Notes under the pieces: generated by a model
Databases searched by the model: none
Seen by the model: only the letters and a program-made list of their open reading frames with translations
What the model was told of the DNA's origin: nothing
Origin: an uncultured Ruminococcus sp.
Lineage (GTDB): Bacteria; Bacillota; Clostridia; Oscillospirales; Ruminococcaceae
Reading direction: 5' to 3'
NCBI GenBank assembly: GCA_947177375.1
Contig: CAMWUF010000001.1
Span: 1 to 29,204, forward strand
DNA: 29,204 nucleotides
Shown: positions 25,738 to 29,204 of the stretch, in pieces
How positions within the stretch are numbered: position 1 is the stretch's first letter
Layout: each line of letters starts with the position of its first letter
Position numbers and translations under genes: made by a program

Positions 25738-27884
25738 TATCTCCTACCTCCCATAGAAGATGGAGGAGAAACAGGAGGTATGTTTTGTGGCATATCTGAA
25801 GTTGGTGTATTCTCATATTCTTCTCTAATCCAATCTGGAGCTTCTGGAATATCGGTAATATTATATTCTTCTGGCGGAATATATTCAGGAACCTGTGCAT
25901 TGTCATATTGCTTTCTAAACCACTCTGGCTCTTCTGGAACATTCGTACTATATGCTTCTGGCGGAATAATTTCCTGCTGAAATGGTCGTTGATTTTGCCC
26001 ATGTTGTAGTTGTTGTGGTGGAACAGATTCTTGTTGAAATTGTCGTTGATTCTGCCCATGTTGTGGTTGTTGTGGTGAAACAGCTTCTTGCGAAGATGAC
26101 GGCTGATTTTGCATAAGGTCTCGCTTTGGCAATTTCAATTGCATATCAGATATTGTCTTGTTTTCCATTTCAGACAGATTCGATAATTCTTTCGCAATAT
26201 CAAATTTTTCACTTACCATTTCCATCAATTTTTCTGAATGTGCTTGAGAAATATCAAATTTATCGCTAATTTCTGCAACTGCTTTTTCAGGTTCAGAAAT
26301 ATCAATTTCTAACTTTTTGTCATGATGTGAAAGAATTACAGATTTTTCTTTCACTTCTTCAATCAAAACTACTTTTTCAGGATTCTGCGTTTCAGCCATT
26401 CGGAACACTTCTTTTGCCATTTGTTTGGCAATGTGTTCTGAAATGCCTTGTCTATGATAAAGCTGTGTCATTTGAAATAAAGAATCTTTTTTATCTGAAA
26501 AGGAAAGCCGTAATACTTGTTCATCAGATGATTTGTATTCCTTGCCATTCTGGTCTGTTTCCATACTGTTGATAGAAACACTCACAGAAAAACTATCTTT
26601 TCCTGTTCGTTCAACGGCATTAGAAACATCATTAATAGGTACTGATTTTGTAAATATATTACCCTCATCATCTGTACGACGCATTTGGCTAACAATAGCA
26701 GGATTTGTCATATCAAAGTCATTTTTAGTAAATTTATAATCCAAAGAAGAACTTTCTTCTCTAACATAATAATCCGAAACTTTTTCAGCCTTATCTATTA
26801 AGGCATTGATTTGTTTTGTATCTTGTAAGCCCATTTGCTCACGAAAAACAGTAGCCATTTGCTTTCTAGTCATATTTTCAGGGGTTAGAATGGCAAATTT
26901 ACCAGTTTCATTACTTCGGAACACAATGCGAGGAATGTGGTCAGTCTTAGGCGTTACGTGCCAACAAGAAAATTCTTTTGCATAAACATTTTCGCCCTCA
27001 ACTTGAATGTTAGCGTCAATATTAGAAAATTCTCTTTGTGGATTATCACCAAAAAATTGTTCTTTTTCTAATCCTTGCAGATATTTTTCGCCAAATTTAG
27101 CACAGACAATGCTAGATTTATTAACATCGTAACCAAATTTTTCTTGAATCTGGTCACTAAGTTCTTGTCTTGTTGGAATTTTATCAAATGAAATTTCTTT
27201 TCCTGAATGAACATCTTTCAAAATATAATAACCTTTGTCGTCTTTATCAAAAGTAACTTCCTTTTCTACTTCATTACATTTGCGAACAAACTCATTTCTA
27301 GCAATATGAATTGCTTTTTCGTCTGATTTTTCATACAGACAAAAATATTCACCATCTTTTGTTTTGCCAAATTGTGCTGATAGGTTATGTTTGTTTAGCT
27401 CACTGATAATAAAAGGCATTTCCCATTTCTGCACTTTGAAATTCCCTAGTTCCTGTGGTCTTTCCGCAATTTTATCCTTCATCATCTCTGTACAGATACG
27501 CTGGAAGATTGGCAAATCACCCGTTCTAACATTCGCATAAAGATTATCCTTATGTTCTGAACCTGTAAATGCGACTGGAATACCATATTCTTTAGCTTTT
27601 TTGGTGATATATTTTTTATCCGCATTAGTCAATCCTTGTTCTGATGCAGATATACTATCTCCGTTTTTCTTTGCACTAGCAATTAAATCACGGATTTTTG
27701 TTTCTCCTGGCTTTAAATCTGTTAAGTCAGTAGATTTTATTGGCTTTTTCTTTTGATTTTCGATAAGCATTTGCAGAAGTTTTGCAATCAAATCAACAGT
27801 CCTGTCAATCATATGCATTCCAGATTCTGCAACTCTAGTTGCCATTTGTAAAGTAGCACTAGTTACTTCATCACTCATATTCAT
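25737..27884 (-). CDS. Extended PcfB/DUF3801-like protein (~715 aa) with Q/P-rich repeat tail
   Basis: N-terminal GETKIRDL...KKAKEYGIPVAF...(R/K)..D...F pattern and a position immediately before virD4 (TAATG overlap); AAGGAG RBS favours ATG 27884. Confidence 0.7.
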   Translation of the reverse strand: MNMSDEVTSATLQMATRVAESGMHMIDRTVDLIAKLLQMLIENQKKKPIKSTDLTDLKPGETKIRDLIASAKKNGDSISASEQGLTNADKKYITKKAKEYGIPVAFTGSEHKDNLYANVRTGDLPIFQRICTEMMKDKIAERPQELGNFKVQKWEMPFIISELNKHNLSAQFGKTKDGEYFCLYEKSDEKAIHIARNEFVRKCNEVEKEVTFDKDDKGYYILKDVHSGKEISFDKIPTRQELSDQIQEKFGYDVNKSSIVCAKFGEKYLQGLEKEQFFGDNPQREFSNIDANIQVEGENVYAKEFSCWHVTPKTDHIPRIVFRSNETGKFAILTPENMTRKQMATVFREQMGLQDTKQINALIDKAEKVSDYYVREESSSLDYKFTKNDFDMTNPAIVSQMRRTDDEGNIFTKSVPINDVSNAVERTGKDSFSVSVSINSMETDQNGKEYKSSDEQVLRLSFSDKKDSLFQMTQLYHRQGISEHIAKQMAKEVFRMAETQNPEKVVLIEEVKEKSVILSHHDKKLEIDISEPEKAVAEISDKFDISQAHSEKLMEMVSEKFDIAKELSNLSEMENKTISDMQLKLPKRDLMQNQPSSSQEAVSPQQPQHGQNQRQFQQESVPPQQLQHGQNQRPFQQEIIPPEAYSTNVPEEPEWFRKQYDNAQVPEYIPPEEYNITDIPEAPDWIREEYENTPTSDMPQNIPPVSPPSSMGGRR
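25810..26095. repeat. Two repeat pairs in the PcfB-like tail: 57 bp (19 aa) and 87 bp (29 aa)
   Basis: QEAVSPQQPQHGQNQRQFQ/QESVPPQQLQHGQNQRPFQ (offsets 25985, 26042) and IPPEAY...PEEPEWFRKQY/IPPEEY...PEAPDWIREEY (offsets 25868, 25955). Confidence 0.88.
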
Positions 27885-27907
27885 ATTAAATATTTTTCTC
27901 CTTTCCA

Positions 27908-27936
27908 TTGACATACTAGTAAATTAGAGATATAAT
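27908..27936 (+). promoter_or_regulatory. Perfect consensus sigma-A promoter pointing away from the tra operon
   Basis: TTGACA (27908-27913), 17 nt, TATAAT (27931-27936). Confidence 0.8.
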
Positions 27937-28055
27937 ATATTTAGCAAAATTTTTAGGATTCATGGATATTTACTAATTTTTTCAGTACTTCTTCTTGTGT
28001 AGTTATGATTTTAATCGATGGAATGAATTATTGTATTTCTACGGAACGCTTAATG

Positions 28056-28091
28056 ATTATATCAGCAAAACTAATTTACCTGTAAAATTAG
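28056..28091 (-). promoter_or_regulatory. Candidate tra-operon promoter with overlapping operator-like palindrome
   Basis: Minus-strand TGaTATAAT (28064-28056); TTTACA at 28086-28081 (19-nt spacer); CTAATTT-N7-AAATTAG IR at 28071-28091. Confidence 0.55.
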
Positions 28092-28178
28092 ATTTTCAAC
28101 TTAGAGAATATTGTATTTCAGATTTAATCCAAAATATAGAAAAGTATAAAAATAAGAATATTTACTTTGATATTTATA

Positions 28179-28688
28179 TTACATATCTCTAAATTTTTCA
28201 GACAGGGAATGGTTCTTCCAGATTAGTTCGCCAAGAAATCGACTGATAAACATAAACTTAAAATATAATGCTATACTTTCCTGTTTGTCACAGTAATTCA
28301 TCATTTTTCGATAAAGATAGCCTATATAAATTTCGTTGTTTTGAGGTAAGAATATTCTTTGAGATTGGTATTCTATAAACGTAGTATTAAACCTTGCATT
28401 TGGATTAACATCAATAAATGATGCAATTTTAAATGGATTTCCAATGCAATTTTCCAGATATTTGCCCATATAACTTTCAAAATCATTTTCTTCCAGCAAT
28501 CTGGAATTGATTTGGTTAATTTCCAAGGCAATATCTGATATGTCAGTCACTATTTTTTTATCTGAAATATAGCTGTTTAACATACTTGAAATATCCATCA
28601 GTTCCCGTGAAAAAGTTTGATTATATATAGGAAAGACAAAACTATTTTCTATAAAAACAGGCTTTTCAAGTACATAATTTTCTTCCAT
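28179..28688 (-). CDS. Hypothetical protein (~169 aa)
   Basis: Long AT-rich ORF; AAAGGA before ATG 28688 (alternative start 28703); no recognisable motif. Confidence 0.7.
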   Translation of the reverse strand: MEENYVLEKPVFIENSFVFPIYNQTFSRELMDISSMLNSYISDKKIVTDISDIALEINQINSRLLEENDFESYMGKYLENCIGNPFKIASFIDVNPNARFNTTFIEYQSQRIFLPQNNEIYIGYLYRKMMNYCDKQESIALYFKFMFISRFLGELIWKNHSLSEKFRDM

Positions 28689-28704
28689 ATTGTTTCCTTT
28701 CATT

Positions 28705-28927
28705 ATTTTTTGTTTTATGCATTATTCCTCCCTTGTATTAAAAAAACCCGAGGATTTGACAGGTATAGTTCACCTAACAAAACCTCTGGTTTTCCAGTCA
28801 GTCTTTCAGAAATAGCTATTTTTTATCCATTTCTTGTAAATTTTCAATGGATTTTAATTTTTTTGCTCACATATTTTAGTGTGAAGATTATCAGCAATTT
28901 TTTCAAGATTTTTTGTTTTATGCATTA
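28705..28927. repeat. Perfect 20-bp direct repeat ATTTTTTGTTTTATGCATTA
   Basis: Identical copies at 28705-28724 and 28908-28927. Confidence 0.9.
28740..28793 (-). terminator. Intrinsic terminator-like hairpin (possibly bidirectional)
   Basis: Arms 28743-28758 and 28778-28793 match at 14/16, with inner AGGT/ACCT; a T7 run ends the stem on the minus strand. Confidence 0.65.
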
Positions 28928-29204
28928 CTCCGAGAGTTATAAAGATTTTAATGCACCAACACAGTACCATCATAGCACCTAATATTATAATTCCGTATTT
29001 TGTATACTTGAAACCATTGTTAACTTCAGAGAAAATATTGTAATCTATGTCTAAAGCTAACAGAAATATTACTATAATTGTTGATAACAAAAATCCTTTT
29101 CCTATTAATTCACACACACACCTTTCATTAACAACATATTTTCTTACTTTATGTCTAAGCGACATATATTCTTCATGACATTTTGTTCTATTATCATCTA
29201 TCAC
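28854..29204 (-). CDS. Two-TM membrane protein, 5' end truncated by the window edge
   Basis: ORF open to the window end, with two hydrophobic helices. Confidence 0.55.
   Translation of the reverse strand: MIDDNRTKCHEEYMSLRHKVRKYVVNERCVCELIGKGFLLSTIIVIFLLALDIDYNIFSEVNNGFKYTKYGIIILGAMMVLCWCIKIFITLGVMHKTKNLEKIADNLHTKICEQKN

Larger units (their letters stand above)
94..27940 (-). mobile_element. Conjugation backbone of an ICE or conjugative plasmid (Gram-positive T4SS, Tn5252/CTn-like order); boundaries not visible
   Basis: Co-oriented PcfB-like, VirD4, pilins, VirB6, PrgI, VirB4, TopB, MTase-SNF2 helicase and Toprim genes. No integrase, relaxase or rep gene in the window, so ICE versus plasmid cannot be decided. 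Confidence 0.9.

Noticed and set aside
1366-26739. Numerous short + strand ORFs (e.g. 1366-1638, 11459-11857, 12018-12464, 19778-20209, 21983-22597, 24299-24703)
   Set aside because: They are antisense shadows of well-supported minus-strand genes, with no RBS or motifs.
27995-28192. 65-aa + strand ORF downstream of the perfect promoter
   Set aside because: TTG start with no RBS; the upstream in-frame ATG (27962) is followed by a stop after 4 codons; no motif. A decayed pseudogene cannot be excluded.
28756-28785. TTGACA inside the terminator hairpin as a promoter
   Set aside because: There is no -10 element at 16-18 nt.
1-29204. tRNA/rRNA genes, integrase, relaxase, reverse transcriptase, toxin-antitoxin pairs, resistance genes
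   Set aside because: No diagnostic motifs were recognised by eye; small ORFs could still hide such functions and need profile searches.

Overview
Low-GC Bacillota-type (probably Clostridia) sequence. Almost all of it is one minus-strand conjugation backbone of an ICE or conjugative plasmid with a Tn5252/CTn-like gene order. Read from right to left: an extended PcfB-like protein, VirD4, two VirB2/Maff2-like pilin genes with three pilin units in total, VirB6, PrgI, VirB4, a CD1108-position protein with no visible cell-wall hydrolase domain, a GLUG/beta-helix surface protein, TopB, several small ORFs, a 2458-aa polyvalent ArdC-N/N6-methyltransferase/SNF2 (DarB-like) protein, a DUF3991-Toprim protein, a small ORF and a candidate oriT-like region. 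No relaxase, integrase or regulator is visible. Bases 1-93 are a degraded Nextera adapter with poly-C, so the contig ends there artificially. The most unusual signals are: (i) near-perfect sigma-A promoters on the + strand just upstream of the pcfB-like and helicase ribosome-binding sites, firing against the operon, one of them facing a convergent promoter with a shared motif and an operator-like palindrome; (ii) a single antisense CxxC/His/Cys gene packed inside the operon; (iii) a pilin plus tandem-double-pilin pair split by a strong hairpin; (iv) a recently duplicated 113-aa unknown domain in the polyvalent protein. All annotation comes from motif recognition and gene order; no database searches were run.
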